Source: Squalus acanthias (taxonomy: Eukaryota). Taken from it: a stretch of DNA of 64,000 bases. Every line of letters begins with the position of its first letter. Position 1 is the stretch's first letter. Of the stretch, positions 1 through 13,454 are shown piece by piece. The stretch is taken from positions 1,056,001-1,120,000 of the forward strand of contig JASTWF010000033.1 in assembly GCA_030390025.1 (NCBI GenBank), in the 5' to 3' direction. A program made the translations under genes and the position numbers. The notes beneath the pieces are model-generated. The model made no database searches. It was given only the letters and a program-made list of their open reading frames with translations, and had not been told where the DNA came from.

Positions 1-3000
1 AGAGAGTGAGTCTGAGAACGACAGTGTGTGAGAGTGAGTCTGAGAGAATATGTGAGAGAGTGAGTCTGAGAGAGACAGTGTGTGAGAGTGAGTCTGAGAG
101 AGAGACAGTGTGTGAGAGAGTGAGTCTGAGAGAGACAGCGTGTGAGAGAGTGAGTCTGCGAGAGACAGTGTGTGAGAGCGTGAGTCTGAGACTGACGTTG
201 TGTGTGAGAGAGAGAGTCTGAGAGAGACAGTGTGTGAGAGACTGAGTCTGAGAGAGACAGTGTGTGAGAGAGTGAGTCTGAGAGAGTGAGTGAGTGAGAG
301 AGTGAGTCTGAGAGAGACAGTGTGTGAGAGACTGAGTCTGAGAGAGACAGTGTGTGAGAGAGTGAGTCTGAGAGAGTGAGTGAGTGAGAGAGTGAGTCTG
401 AGAGAGACAGTGTGTGAGCGAGTGAGTCTGAGAGTGTGTGAGAGAGTGAGTTTAGAGAGACGGTGTGTGAGAGAGCGAGTCTGAGAGAGACAGTGTATGA
501 GAGAGTGAGTCTGAGAGAGACGGTGTGTGAGAGAGTGAGTCTGAGAGAGTGTGTGAGACAGTGAGTTTGAGAGAGACAGTGTGTGAGAGAGTGAGTCTGA
601 GAGAAAGTGCATGAGAGAGTGAGTCTGAGAGAGACAGTGTGTGAGAGTGTGATTCTGAGAGAGACAGTGCGGGAGAGAGTGTGTCTGAGAGAGACAGTGC
701 GTGAGAGAGTGAGTCTGAGAGAGACAGTGTGCGAGAGTGAGTCTGAGAGAGACAGTGTGAGAGAGTGAGTGAGAGAGACAGTGTGTGAGAGAGTGAGTCT
801 GAGAGACAGTGTGTGAGAGAGTGAGTCTCATAGAGACTGTGAGAGATTGAGTCTCTGAGAGATGTGTGTGAGAGAGTGAGTCTGAGAGAGAGTGTGTGAG
901 AGAGTGAGTCTGAGAGACAATGTGTGAGAGAGTGAGTCTGAGAGAGACAGCGCGTGAGAGAGTGAGTCTGAGAGAGACAGTGTGTGAGAGAGTCTGAGAG
1001 AGACAGTGTGTGAGAGAGTGAGTCTGAGAGAGACAGTGTGTGAGAGAGTGAGTCTGAGAGAGACAGTGTGTGAGAGAGTGAGTCTGAGAGAGACAGTGTT
1101 TGAGAGAGTGTCTGAGATAGACAGTGTGTGAGAGAGAGAGTCTGAGAGAGACATTGTGTGAGAGAGAGAGTCTGAGAGAGACAGTGTCTGAGAGAATGAG
1201 TCTGAGAGAAAGTGTGTGAGAGCGTGAGTGAGTCAGAGAGATAGTGTGTGAGAGAGAGAGTCCGAGAGAGACAGCGTGTGAGAGAGTGAGTCTGAGAGAG
1301 ACAGTCTGAGAGAGAGTGAGTCTAAGAGAGACAGTGTGGGAGAGAGGGAGTCTGAGAGAGACAGTGTGTGAGAGAGTGAGTCTGAGAGAGACAGTGTGTG
1401 AGAGAGTGAGTCTGAGAGACACAGTGTGTGAGAGAGTGAGTCTGAGAGAGACTGTGTGAGAGAGTGAGTCTGAGAGAGACAGTGTGAGAGAGAGAGTGAG
1501 TCTGAGCGAGACAGTGTGTGTGATAGTGAGTCTGAGAGGGACAGTGTGTGAGAGAGTGAGTCTGAGAGAGATAGTGTGAGAGAGAGAGTGAGTCTGAGAG
1601 AGACAGTGTGTGAGAGATTGAGTCTGAGAGAGTGTGCTTGAGAGAGTGAGTCTGAGAGTGACAGTTTGTGAGAGAGTGAGTCTGAGAGAGACAGTGTGTG
1701 AGAGTGAGTCTGAGAGAGACAGTGTGTGAGGGAGTGAGTCTGAGAGAGTGAGTGTGAGAGAGTGAGTGTGTGAGAGAGAGTGAGTCTGCGAGAGGCAGTG
1801 TGTGAGAGAGTGAGTCTGAGAGAGAGAGTGTGTGAGAGAGTGAGTCTGAGAGACAGTGCGTGAGAGAGTGAGTCTGAGAGAGACAGTGTGTGAGAGAGTC
1901 TGAGAGAGACAGTGTGTGAGAGAGTGAGTCTGAGAGTGACAGTGTGTGAGAGAGTGAGTCTGAGAGAGACAGTGTCTGAGAGAATGAGTCTGAGAGAGAG
2001 TGTGTGAGAGAGTGAGTGAGTCAGAGAGACAGTGTGTGAGAGAGAGAGACTGAGAGAGACAGTGTGTGAGAGAGTGAGTCTGAGAGAGACAGTGTGTGAG
2101 AGAGTGAGTCTGAGAGTGTGTGAGAGAGTGAGTTTTAGAGAGACGGTGTGTGAGAGAGCGAGTCTGAGAGAGACAGTGTATGAGAGAGTGAGTCTGAGAG
2201 AGTCGGTGTGTGAGAGAGTGAGTCTGAGAGAGTGTGTGAGACAGTGAGTTTGAGGAGATCGTGTGTGAGAGAGTGAGTCTAGAGAGACAGTGTGTGAGAG
2301 AGTGAGTCTGCGAGAGACAGTGTGTGAGAGCGTGAGTCTGAGAGAGACAGTGAGTGAGAAAGTGAGTCTGAGAGAGACATATTGTGAGAGAGTGAGTCTG
2401 AGAACGACAGTGTGTGAGAGTGAGTCTGAGAGAATATGTGAGAGAGTGAGTCTGAGAGAGACAGTGTGTGAGAGTGAGTCTGAGAGAGAGACAGTGTGTG
2501 AGAGAGTGAGTCTGAGAGAGACAGCGTGTGAGAGAGTGAGTCTGCGAGAGACAGTGTGTGAGAGCGTGAGTCTGAGACTGACGTTGTGTGTGAGAGAGAG
2601 AGTCTGAGAGAGACAGTGTGTGAGAGACTGAGTCTGAGAGAGACAGTGTGTGAGAGAGTGAGTCTGAGAGAGTGAGTGATTGAGAGAGTGAGTCTGAGAG
2701 AGACAGTGTGTGAGAGACTGAGTCTGAGAGAGACAGTGTGTGAGAGTGTGAGTCTGAGAGAGTGAGTGAGTGAGAGAGTGAGTCTGAGAGAGACAGAGTG
2801 TGAGCGAGTGAGTCTGAGAGTGTGTGAGAGAGTGAGTTTTAGAGAGGCGGTGTGTGAGAGAGCGAGTCTGAGAGAGACAGTGTATGAGAGAGTGAGTCTG
2901 AGAGAGACGGTGTGTGAGAGAGTGAGTCTGAGAGAGTGTGTGATACAGTGAGTTTGAGAGAGACAGTGTGTGAGAGAGTGAGACTGAGAGAGACAGTTTG

Positions 3001-6000
3001 TGAGAAAGTGAGTCTGAGAGAGACTGTGTGTGAGAGTGAGTCTGAGAGAGACAGTGTGTGAGAGATTGAGGCTGAGAGAGACGGTGTTTTTGAGAGTGAA
3101 TCAGAGAGTGACAGAGAGAGTGAGTTGTGAGAGACAGTGTGTGAGAGAGTGAGTCTGAGAGAGATGGTGTGTGAGAGAGTGAGTCTGAGAGAGAAAGTGA
3201 GCGAGAGAGTGAGTCTGAGAGAGACAGTTTTTGAGACAGTGAGTCTGAGAGAGACAGTGTGTGAGAGAGTGAGTCTGAGAGTGTGTGAGAGAGTGAGTTT
3301 TAGAGAGACGGTGTGTGAGAGAGCGAGTCTGAGAGAGACAGTGTATGAGAGAGTGAGTCTGAGAGAGATGGTGTGTGAGAGAGTGAGTCTGAGAGAGTGT
3401 GTGAGACAGTGAGTTTGAGAGAGATCGTGTCTGAGAGAGTGAGTCTCAGAGAGACAGTGTGTGAGAGAGTGAGTCTGCGAGAGACAGTGTGTGAGAGCGT
3501 GAGTCTGAGAGAGACAGTGAGTGAGAAAGTGAGTCTGAGAGAGACATATTGTGAGAGAGTGAGTCTGAGAACGACAGTGTGTGAGAGAGTGAGTCTGAGA
3601 GAATATGTGAGAGAGTGAGTCTGAGAGAGACAGTGCGTGAGAGTGAGTCTGAGAGAGAGACAGTGTGTGAGAGAGTGAGTCTGAGAGAGAGTGTGTGAGA
3701 GACTGAGTCTGAGAGAGACAGTGTGTGAGAGAGTGAGTCTGAGAGAGACAGTATGTGAGAAAGTGAGTCTGCGAGAGACAGTGTGTGAGAGAGTGAGTCT
3801 GAGAGAGACAGTGTGTGAGAGAGTGAGTCTGAGAGAGACAGTGTGTGAGAGAGTGAGTCTGAGAGTGTGTGAGAGAGTGAGTTTTAGAGAGATGGTGTGT
3901 GAGAGAGCGAGTCTGAGAGAGACAGTGTATGAGAGAGTGAGTCTGAGAGAGATGGTGTGTGAGAGAGTGAGTCTGAGAGAGTGTGTGAGACAGTGAGTTT
4001 GAGAGAGACCGTGTCTGAGAGAGTGAGTCTGAGAGAGACAGTGTGTGAGAGAGTGAGTCTGCGAGAGACAGTTTGTGAGAGCGTGAGTCTGAGAGAGACA
4101 GTGAGTGAGAAAGTGAGTCTGAGAGAGACATATTGTGAGAGAGTGACTCTGAGAACGACAGTGTGTGAGAGAATGAGCCTGAGAGAATATGTGAGAGAGT
4201 GAGTCTGAGAGAGAGACAGTGTGTGAGAGAGTGAGTCTGAGAGAGACAGCGTGTGAGAGAGTGAGTCTGCGAGAGACAGTGTGTGAGAGCGTGAGTCTGA
4301 GACTGACGTTGTGTGAGAGAGAGAGAGAGTGAGAGAGACAGTGTGTGAGAGACTGAGTCTGAGAGAGACAGTGTGTGAGAGAGTGAGTCTGAGAGAGTGA
4401 GTGAGTGAGAGAGTGAGTCTGAGAGAGACAGTGTGTGAGAGACTGAGTCTGAGAGAGACAGTGTGTGAGAGAGTGAGTGAGTGAGAGAGTGAGTCTGAGA
4501 GAGACAGTGTGTGAGAGAGTGAGTCTGAGAGAGTGAGTGAGTGAGAGAGTGAGTCTGAGAGAGACAGTGTGTGAGAGACTGAGTCTGAGAGAGACAGTGT
4601 GTGAGAGTGTGAGTCTGAGAGAGTGAGTGAGTGAGAGAGTGAGTCTGAGAGAGACAGAGTGTGAGCGAGTGAGTCTGAGAGTGTGTGAGAGAGTGAGTTT
4701 TAGAGAGACGGTGTGTGAGAGAGCGAGTCTGAGAGAGACAGTGTATGAGAGAGTGAGTCTGAGAGAGACGGTGTGTGAGAGAGTGAGTCTGAGAGAGTGT
4801 GTGATACAGTGAGTTTGAGAGAGACAGTGTGTGAGAGAGTGAGACTGAGAGAGACAGTTTGTGAGAAAGTGAGTCTGAGAGAGACTGTGTGTGAGAGTGA
4901 GTCTGAGAGAGACAGTGTGTGAGAGATTGAGGCTGAGAGAGACGGTGTTTTTGAGAGTGAATCAGAGAGTGACAGAGAGAGTGAGTTGTGAGAGACAGTG
5001 TGTGAGAGAGTGAGTCTGAGAGAGATGGTGTGTGAGAGAGTGAGTCTGAGAGAGAAAGTGAGCGAGAGAGTGAGTCTGAGAGAGACAGTTTTTGAGACAG
5101 TGAGTCTGAGAGAGACAGTGTGTGAGAGAGTGAGTCTGAGAGTGTGTGAGAGAGTGAGTTTTAGAGAGACGGTGTGTGAGAGAGCGAGTCTGAGAGAGAC
5201 AGTGTATGAGAGAGTGAGTCTGAGAGAGATGGTGTGTGAGAGAGTGAGTCTGAGAGAGTGTGTGAGACAGTGAGTTTGAGAGAGATCGTGTGTGAGAGAG
5301 TGAGTCTCAGAGAGACAGTGTGTGAGAGAGTGAGTCTGCGAGAGACAGTGTGTGAGAGCGTGAGTCTGAGAGAGACAGTGAGTGAGAAAGTGAGTCTGAG
5401 AGAGACATATTGTGAGAGAGTGAGTCTGAGAACGACAGTGTGTGAGAGAGTGAGTCTGAGAGAATATGTGAGAGAGTGAGTCTGAGAGAGACAGTGCGTG
5501 AGAGTGAGTCTGAGAGAGAGACAGTGTGTGAGAGAGTGAGTCTGAGAGAGACAGTGTGTGAGAGACTGAGTCTGAGAGAGACAGTGTGTGAGAGAGTGAG
5601 TCTGAGAGAGACAGTATGTGAGAAAGTGAGTCTGCGAGAGACAGTGTGTGAGAGAGTGAGTCTGAGAGAGACAGTGTGTGAGAGAGTGAGTCTGAGAGAG
5701 ACAGTGTGTGAGAGAGTGAGTCTGAGAGTGTGTGAGAGAGTGAGTTTTAGAGAGATGGTGTGTGAGAGAGCGAGTCTGAGAGAGACAGTGTATGAGAGAG
5801 TGAGTCTGAGAGAGATGGTGTGTGAGAGAGTGAGTCTGAGAGAGTGTGTGAGACAGTGAGTTTGAGAGAGACCGTGTCTGAGAGAGTGAGTCTGAGAGAG
5901 ACAGTGTGTGAGAGAGTGAGTCTGCGAGAGACAGTTTGTGAGAGCGTGAGTCTGAGAGAGACAGTGAGTGAGAAAGTGAGTCTGAGAGAGACATATTGTG

Positions 6001-8122
6001 AGAGAGTGACTCTGAGAACGACAGTGTGTGAGAGAATGAGCCTGAGAGAATATGTGAGAGAGTGAGTCTGAGAGAGAGACAGTGTGTGAGGAGGTGAGTC
6101 TGAGAGAGACAGTGTGTGAGAGAGTGAGTCTGAGAGAGACAGTGTGTGAGAGCGTGAGTCAGAGAGTGTGTGAGAGAGTGAGTCTGAGAGAGAGTGTGTG
6201 TGAGACTGAGTCTGAGAGAGACAGTGTGTGAGAGAGTGAGTCTGAGAGAGTGAGTGAGTGAGAGAGTGAGTCTGAGAGAGACAGTGTGTGAGAGAGTGAG
6301 TCTGAGAGAGGACAGTGTGTGAGAGGAGTGAGACAGAGAGAGACAGTGTGTGAGCGAGTGAGTCTGAGAGTGTGTGAGAGAGTGAGTTTTAGAGAGACGG
6401 TGTGTGAGAGAGTGAGTCTGAGAGAGACAGTGTATGAGAGAGTGAGTCTGAGAGACGGTGTGTGAGAGAGTGGTCTGTGATTGACCGTTGTGTAAAATCT
6501 GAAGAGAGACAGTGTGTGAGAAGTGAGTCTGAGAGAGACATGTGTGAAAAGAGAGTGAGTCTGAGAGAGGCAGTGTTTGAGAGACTGAGTCTGAGAGAGA
6601 CAGTGTGTGAGAGAGTGAGTCTGAGAGAGTGAGTGAGTGAGAGAGTGAGTCTGAGAGAGACAGTGTGTGAGAGAGTGAGTCTGAGAGAGATGGTGTGTGA
6701 GAGAGTGAGTCTGAGAGAGACAGTGTGTGAGAGAGTGAGTCTGAGAGAGACAGTGTGTGAGAGAGTGAGTCTTAGAGAGACAGTGTGTGAGAGAGTGAGT
6801 CTGAGAGAGACAGTGTGTGAGAGAGTGAGTCTGAGAGAGACAGTGTGTGAGAGAGTGAGTCTGAGAGAGACAGTGTGTGAGAGAGTGAGTCTGAGAGAGA
6901 CAGTGTGTGAGAGAGTGAGTCTGAGAGAGACAGTGTGTGAGAGAGTAGTCTGAGAGAGACAGTGTGTGAGAGAGTGAGTCTGAGAGAGACAGTGTGTGAG
7001 AGAGTGAGTCTGAGAGAGACAGTGTGTGAGAGAGTGAGTCTGAGAGACAGTGTGTGAGAGAGTGAGTCTGAGAGAGACAGTGGGTGAGAGAGTGAGTCTG
7101 AGAGAGACAGTGTGTGAGAGAGTAAGTCTGAGAGAGACAGTGTGTGAGAGAGTGAGTCTGAGAGAGACAGTGTGTGAGAGAGTGAGTCAGAGAGTGTGTG
7201 AGAGAGTGAGTCTGAGAGAGAGAGAGATTGTGAGAATGAGTCTGAGAGAGAAAGTGTGTGAGAGAGTGAGTCTGAGAGAGTGAGTGAGTGAGAGAGTGAG
7301 TCTGAGAGAGACAGTGTGTGAGAGAGTGAGTCTGAGAGAGTGAGTGAGTGAGAGAGTGAGTCTGAGAGAGACAGTGTGTGAGCGAGTGAGTCTGAAGAGT
7401 GTGTGAGAGAGTGAGTTTTAGAGAGACGGTGTGTGAGAGAGTGAGTCTGAGAGAGACAGTGTGTGAGAGAGTGAGTCTGAGAGAGACGGTGTGTGAGAGA
7501 GTGAGTCTGAGAGAGTGTGCGAGACAGTGAGTTTGAGAGAGACAGTGTGTGAGAGAGTGAGTCTGAGAGAGATAGTGTGTGAGAGACACATTCTGAGAGA
7601 GACAGTGTGTGAGAGAGAGAGACTGAGAGAGACAGTGTGTGAGAGAGTGAGTCTGAGAGAGACAGTGTGTGAGAGAGTGAGTCTGAGAGAGAGAGTGTGT
7701 GAGAGAGTGAGTCTGAGAGAGACAGTGTGTGAGAGAGTGAGTCTGAGAGAGACAGTGTGTGAGAGAGTGAGTCTGAGAGAGTGTGTGAGACAGTGAGTCT
7801 GAGAGAGAGAGTGAGTGAGAGAGTGATTCTGAGAGAGACAGTGTGTGAGAGAGTGAGTCTGAGAGTGTGTGAGAGAGTGAGTTTGAGAGAGTCAGTGTGT
7901 GAGAGATTGAGTCTGAGAGAGATGGTGTGTGAGAGAGTGAGTCTGAGAGATACAGTTAGTGAGAGAGTGAGTCTGAGAGAGACAGTGTGTGAAAGAGTGA
8001 GTCTGAGAGAGACAGTGTGTGAGAGAGTGAGTCTGAGAGATGGTGTGAGAGAGTTAGTCTGAGAGAGACAGTGTGTAAGAGAGTGAGTCTGAGAGACAGT
8101 GTTTGAGAGAGTGAGTCTGAGA

Positions 8123-8242
8123 GGGGGAGGGGGAGAGGGGGGGAGGGGGGCTGAGGGGTGGAGGGGGGCAGAGGGTGGGGGAGGGTGGGAGGGGGGTGGA
8201 GGGGGGGAATGGGTGGAGGCGGGGGGAGGGGGGGAGTGGGGG
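8123..8242 (+). repeat. G-rich island 1 in the satellite (G-quadruplex-forming potential)
   Basis: Many G4-G7 runs; near-identical to 10488-10609. Confidence 0.85.
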
Positions 8243-10487
8243 AGTTTCAGAGAGACACTGTGTTTGAGAGAGTGTGTGAGAGAGAGAGTGAGAGATAAAG
8301 TGAGCGTGTTAGAGAGAGCGTGAGAGAGAGTGTGAGAGAGAGTGTGAGAGAGAGACAGTGAGAGAGACAGTGAGTCTGAGAGAGTGAGTGAGTCAGAGAG
8401 AGTGTCTGTGAGAGAGTGAGTCTGAGAGAGACTGTGTGTGAGTGAGTCTGAGAGAGAGAGTGTGTGAGAGACACATTCTGAAAGAGACCGTGTTTGTGAG
8501 AGTGATTCTGAGAGAGACAGTGTGTGAGAGAGTGAATCTGAGAGAGACGGTGTTTATGAGATTGAGTCAGAGAGTGTCAGAGAGAGTGAGTTGTGAGAGA
8601 CAGTGTGTGAGAAAGTGAGTCTGAGATAGATGGTGTGTGAGAGAGTGAGTCTGAGATAGACAGTGAGTGAGAGAGTGAGTCTGAGAGAGACAGTGTGTGA
8701 GAGAGTGAGTCTGAGAGAGACAGTGTGTGAGAGAGTGAGTCTGAGAGAGACAGTGTGTGAGAGAGTGAGTCTGAGATTGACGGTTTGTGAGAGAGAGAGT
8801 CTGAGAGAGACAGTGGGTGAGAGAGTGAGTCTGAGAGAGACAGTGGGTGAGAGAGTGAGTCTGAGAGAGACAGTGTGTGAGAGAGTAAGTCTGAGAGAGA
8901 CAGTGTGTGAGAGAGTGAGTCTGAGAGAGACAGTGTGTGAGAGAGAGAGTGAGAGAGTATGTGAGAGAGTGAGTCTGAGAGAGAGAGTGATTCTGAAAAT
9001 GAGCCTGAGAGAGAAAGTGTGTGAGAGAGTGAGTCTGAGAGAGATGGTGCGTGAGAGAGTGAGTCTGAGAGAGACAGTGTGTGAGAGAGTGAGTCGGAGA
9101 GAGACAGTGTGTGAGAGAGTGAGTCTGAGAGTGTGTGAGAGGGTGAGTCTTAGAGAGACAGTGTGTGAGAGAGTGAGTCTGAGATTGACGTGTGAGAGAT
9201 GGAGATTCTGAAAGAGACAGTGTGTGAGAGAGTGAGTCTGAGAGAGACAGTGTGTGAGAGAGTGAGTCTGAGAGAGACAGTGGGTGAGAGAGTGAGTCTG
9301 AGAGAGACAGTGTGTGAGAGAGTAAGTCTGAGAGAGACAGTATGTGAGAGACTGACTCTGAGAGAGACAGTGTGTGAGAGAGTGGGTCAGAGATTGTGTG
9401 AGGGAGTGAGTCTGAGAGAGAGAGTGATTGTGTGAATGAGTCTGAGAGAGACAGTGGGTGAGAGAGTGAGTCTGAGAGAGACAGTGTGTGAGAGAGTAAG
9501 GCTGAGAGAGACAGTGTGTGAGAGAGTGTGTCTGAGAGAGACAGTGTGTGAGAGAGCGAGTCAGAGAGTGTGTGAGAGAGTGAGTCTGAGAGAGAGAGTG
9601 ATTGTGAGAATGAGTCTGAGAGACAAAGTGTGTGAGAGTGTGAGTCTGAGAGTGAGAGAGTGAGAGAGTGAGTCTGAGAGAGACAGTTTGTGAGAGAGTG
9701 AGTCTGAGAGAGTGAGTGAGTGAGAGAGTGAGTCTGAGAGAGACAGTGTGTGAGCGAGTGAGTCTGAGAGTGTGTGAGAGAGTGAGTTTTAGAGGGACGG
9801 TGTGTGAGAGAGTGAGTCTGAGAGAGAGTGTGTGAGAGAGTGAGTCTGAGAGAGACGGTGTGTGAGAGACTGAGTCTGAGAGAGTGTGCGAGACAGTGAG
9901 TTTGAGAGAGACAGTTTGTGAGAGAGTGAGTCTGAGAGAGATAAGGTGTGAGAGACACATTCTGAGAGAGACAGGGTGTGAGAGAGAGAGACTGAGAGAG
10001 ACAGTGTGTGAGAGAGTGAGTCTGAGAGACAGTGTGTGAGAGAGTGAGTCTGCGAGAGACAGTGTGTGAGAGAGTAAGTCTGAGAGAGACAGTGTGTGAG
10101 AGAGTGAGTCTGAGAGAGACAGTGTGTGAGAGAGTGAGTCTGAGAGAGTGTGTGAGACAGTGAGTCTGAGAGAGAGAGTGAGTGAGAGAGTGAGTCTGAG
10201 AGACAGTGTGTGAGAGAGTGAGTCTGAGAGTGTGTGAGAGAGTGAGTTTGAGAGAGACAGTGTGTGAGAGAGTGAGTCTGAGAGAGATGGTGTGTGAGAG
10301 AGTGAGTCTGAGAGAGACAGTGAGTGAGAGAGTGAGTCTGACAAAGACAGTGTGTGAGAGAGTGAGTCTGAGAGAGACAGTGTGTGAGAGAGTGAGTCTG
10401 AGAGAGTGTGTGGGAGAGTTAGTCTGAGAGAGACAGTGTGTGAGAGAGTGAGTCTGAGAGACAGTGTTTGAGAGAGTGAATCTGAGA

Positions 10488-10609
10488 GGGGGAGGGGGAG
10501 AGGGGGGGAGGGGGGCTGAGGGGTGGAGGGGGGCAGAGGGTGGGGGAGGGTGGGAGGGGGGTGGAGGGGGGGAAATGGGTGGAGGCGGGGGGAGGGGGGG
10601 AGGGGGGGG
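10488..10609 (+). repeat. G-rich island 2
   Basis: Near-identical copy of 8123-8242 with the same flanks. Confidence 0.85.
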
Positions 10610-11747
10610 AGTCTCAGAGAGACACTGTGTTTGAGAGAGTGTGTGAGAGAGAGAGTGAGAGATAAAGTGAGAGTGTTAGAGAGAGCGTGAGAGAGAGTGT
10701 GAGAGAGAGTGTGAGAGAGAGAGAGTGAGAGAGACAGTGAGTCTGAGAGAGTGAGTGAGTCAGAGAGAGTGTCTGTGAGAGAGTGAGTCTGAGAGAGACT
10801 GTGTGTGAGAGTGAGTCCGAGAGAGAGAGTGTGTCAGAGAGAGAGTCTGAGAGAGACAGTGTATGAGAGAGTGAGTCTGAGAGAGACAGTGTGGGAGAGA
10901 GTGAATCTGAGAGAGATAGTGTGTGAGAGACACATTCGGAAAGAGACCGTGTGTGTGAGAGTGAGTCTGAGAGAGACAGTTTGTGAGAGTGTGAATCTGA
11001 GAGAGACGGTGTTTATGAGAGTGAGTCAGAGAGTGTCAGAGAGAGTGAGTTGTGAGAGACAGTGTGTGAGAGAGTGAGTCTGAGAGACATGGTGTGTGAG
11101 AGAGTGAGTCTGAGATAGACAGTGAGTGAGAGAGTGAGTCTGAGAGAGACAGTGTGTGAGAGAGTGACTCTGAGAGAGACAGTGTGTGAGAGAGTGAGTC
11201 TGAGATTGACGGTGTGTGAGAGAGAGAGTCTGAGAGAGATAGTGTGTGAGAGAGTGAGTATGGGAGAGACAGTGGGTGAGAGAGTGAGTCTGAGAGAGAC
11301 AGTGTGTGAGAGAGTGAGTCACAGAGTGTGTGAGAGAGTGAGTCTGAGAGAGAGAGTGATTGTGAGAATGAGTCTGAGAGAGACAGTGTGTGAGAGAGTG
11401 AGTCAGATAGTGTGTGAGAGAGTGAGTCTGAGAGAGCGTGATTGTGAGAATGAGTCTGAGAGAGAAAGTGTGTGAAAGAGTGAGTCTGAGAGTGTGTGAG
11501 AGAGTGAGTTTGAGAGAGACAGTTTGTGTGAGAGTGAGTCTGAGAGAGATGGTGTGTGAGAGAGTGAGTCTGAGAGAGACAGTGAGTGAGAGAGTGAGTC
11601 TGAGAGAGACAGTGTGTGAGAGAGTGAGTCTGAGAGAGACAGTGTGTGAGAGAGTGAGTCTGAGAGAGTGTGTGAGAGAGTGAGTCTGAGAGAGAGAGTG
11701 TGTGAGAGAGTGAGTCTGAGAGAGACAGTGTTTGAGAGAGTGAGTCT

Positions 11748-12141
11748 GGGAGGGGGGAGGGGGAGAGGGGGGGGAGCGGGGGAGGGTGAGGGGGGGAGGG
11801 TGAGAGGGGGGGATGGGATTGGGGTGGGGTGGTGGGTGGAGTAGGGTGGAGTTGGGGAGGGGGGTGGGGTGGATGGGGCGAATGGGGGTGGCGGAGGGAG
11901 GGGGAGCGGAGGAGAGGGGTGAGGGGGAGGCGAGGGTTGGGGAGGGGGGAGGGGTGGGGGAGGGGGATACGTGGAGGGATTAGGGGGGAGCGGATGAGGG
12001 GGGAGTGGGGGAGGGGGTGGTGGGGAAGGTGTGGGGGAGGGGGTGGGGGGAAGGGGTGGAGGCGGGGGGGAGGGGGAGGGGTGAAGGGGGGAGGTGGTGG
12101 GGGGGAAGGGGTGCTGGCAGGGGGAGGGGGTGAGGGGGGGG
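11748..12141 (+). repeat. G-rich island 3 (expanded)
   Basis: About 390 bp of G runs with flanking satellite variants like those of islands 1 and 2. Confidence 0.85.
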
Positions 12142-12924
12142 AGTCTCAGAGAGCCACTATTTGTGAGAGAGAGTCTGAGAGAGAGAGTGTATGAGAGAGT
12201 GAGTCTGAGAGAGACGGTGTATGAGAGAGTGAGTCTGAGAGAGACGGTGTGTGTGAGAGTGAGTCAATGAGTGTCAGAGAGAGTGAGTTTAAGAGAGACA
12301 GTGTGTGAGAGAGTGAGTCTGAGAGACATGGTGTGTGAGAGAGTGAGTCTGAGAGAGACAGTGAGTGAGAGAGTGAGTCGGAGAGAGACAGTGTGTGAGA
12401 GAGTGAGTCTGAGAGTGTGTGAGAGGGTGAGTCTGAGAGAGACAGTGTGCGAGAGAGTGAGTCTGAGATTGACGTTGTGTGAGAGAGAGAGAGTCTGGGA
12501 GAGACAGTGTGTGAGAGAGTGAGTCTGAGAGAGACAGTGTGTGAGAGACTGAGTCTGAGAGAGACAGTGTGTGAGAGTTTGAGTCTGAGAGAATAAGTGA
12601 GTGAGAGAGTGAGTCTGAGAGAGACAGTGTGCGAGCGAGTGAGTCTGAGAGTGTGTAAGAGAGTGAGTTTGAGAGAGACAGTGTGTGAGAGAGTGAGACC
12701 GAGAGAGATGGTGTGTGAGAGAGTGAGTCTGAGAGAGACAGCGACTGAGAGAGTGAGTCTGAGAGAGACAGTGTGTGAGAGAGTGCTTCTGAGAGAGACA
12801 GTGTGAGAGAGAGTTAGTCTGAGAGAGATGGTGTGTGAGAGAGTGAGTCTGAGAGAGACGGTGTGTGAGAGACTGAGTCTGAGAGAGACAGTGTGTGAGA
12901 GAGTGAGTCTGAGAGAGTGTGTGA

Positions 12925-13198
12925 GGGAGCGGGCGGGAGAGGGGGGGAGAGAGGGGTGGGGAGTGGGCAGGGGGGAGTGGGGGAGGGGTGTGGGGGAGGG
13001 GGGTGGAGGGGGGAGCGGGGGAGGTGGGTGTTGGGGGCGAGGGGGGAGAGGGGGGTGAGGGGGGGGGAGGGAGTAGGGAGGGAAGGGGGGGAGGCGAGGG
13101 GGGAGAGGGGGTGTGAGGGGGGATAGGGGGGGTGACGGGGGGAGGGGGAAAGGAAGGGAAGTGGGCGAGGCAAGGGGGGGTGGAGGGACGGGGGGAGA
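12925..13198 (+). repeat. G-rich island 4 near the end of the satellite
   Basis: G runs, followed by degenerate (GA)n to about 13450. Confidence 0.8.
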
Positions 13199-13330
13199 GA
13201 AGCTGTGCATACAAGAGTGAGAAGAGAGACTACGGGCGACAAAGGGGAGAAACAGTTTTAATGATAAGGAGAGAGAAAAGGGGTGAAGAGTCTGTTTGTG
13301 TCCGAGAACTAAGAACATGAGAGGTTGGAA

Positions 13331-13367
<37 letters not shown>

Positions 13368-13454
13368 ACACAGAGAGAGAGTGTGAGAGAGCGAGCGAGA
13401 ATGAGCGCGAGAGAGAGAGCGAGTGAGAGAGAGAGAGAGTGAGAGAGCCAGACA

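Larger units (their letters stand above)
1..13450. repeat. GA-rich satellite array, 30-bp monomer CTGAGAGAGACAGTGTGTGAGAGAGTGAGT
   Basis: Perfect 30-bp period visible at e.g. 6781-6940; variants throughout; the ERVSLRETVC and SHTLSL ORFs are read-throughs of the 10-codon monomer. Confidence 0.97.

Noticed and set aside
11748..13198. Telomeric repeats
   Set aside because: No TTAGGG array; the G tracts are irregular.
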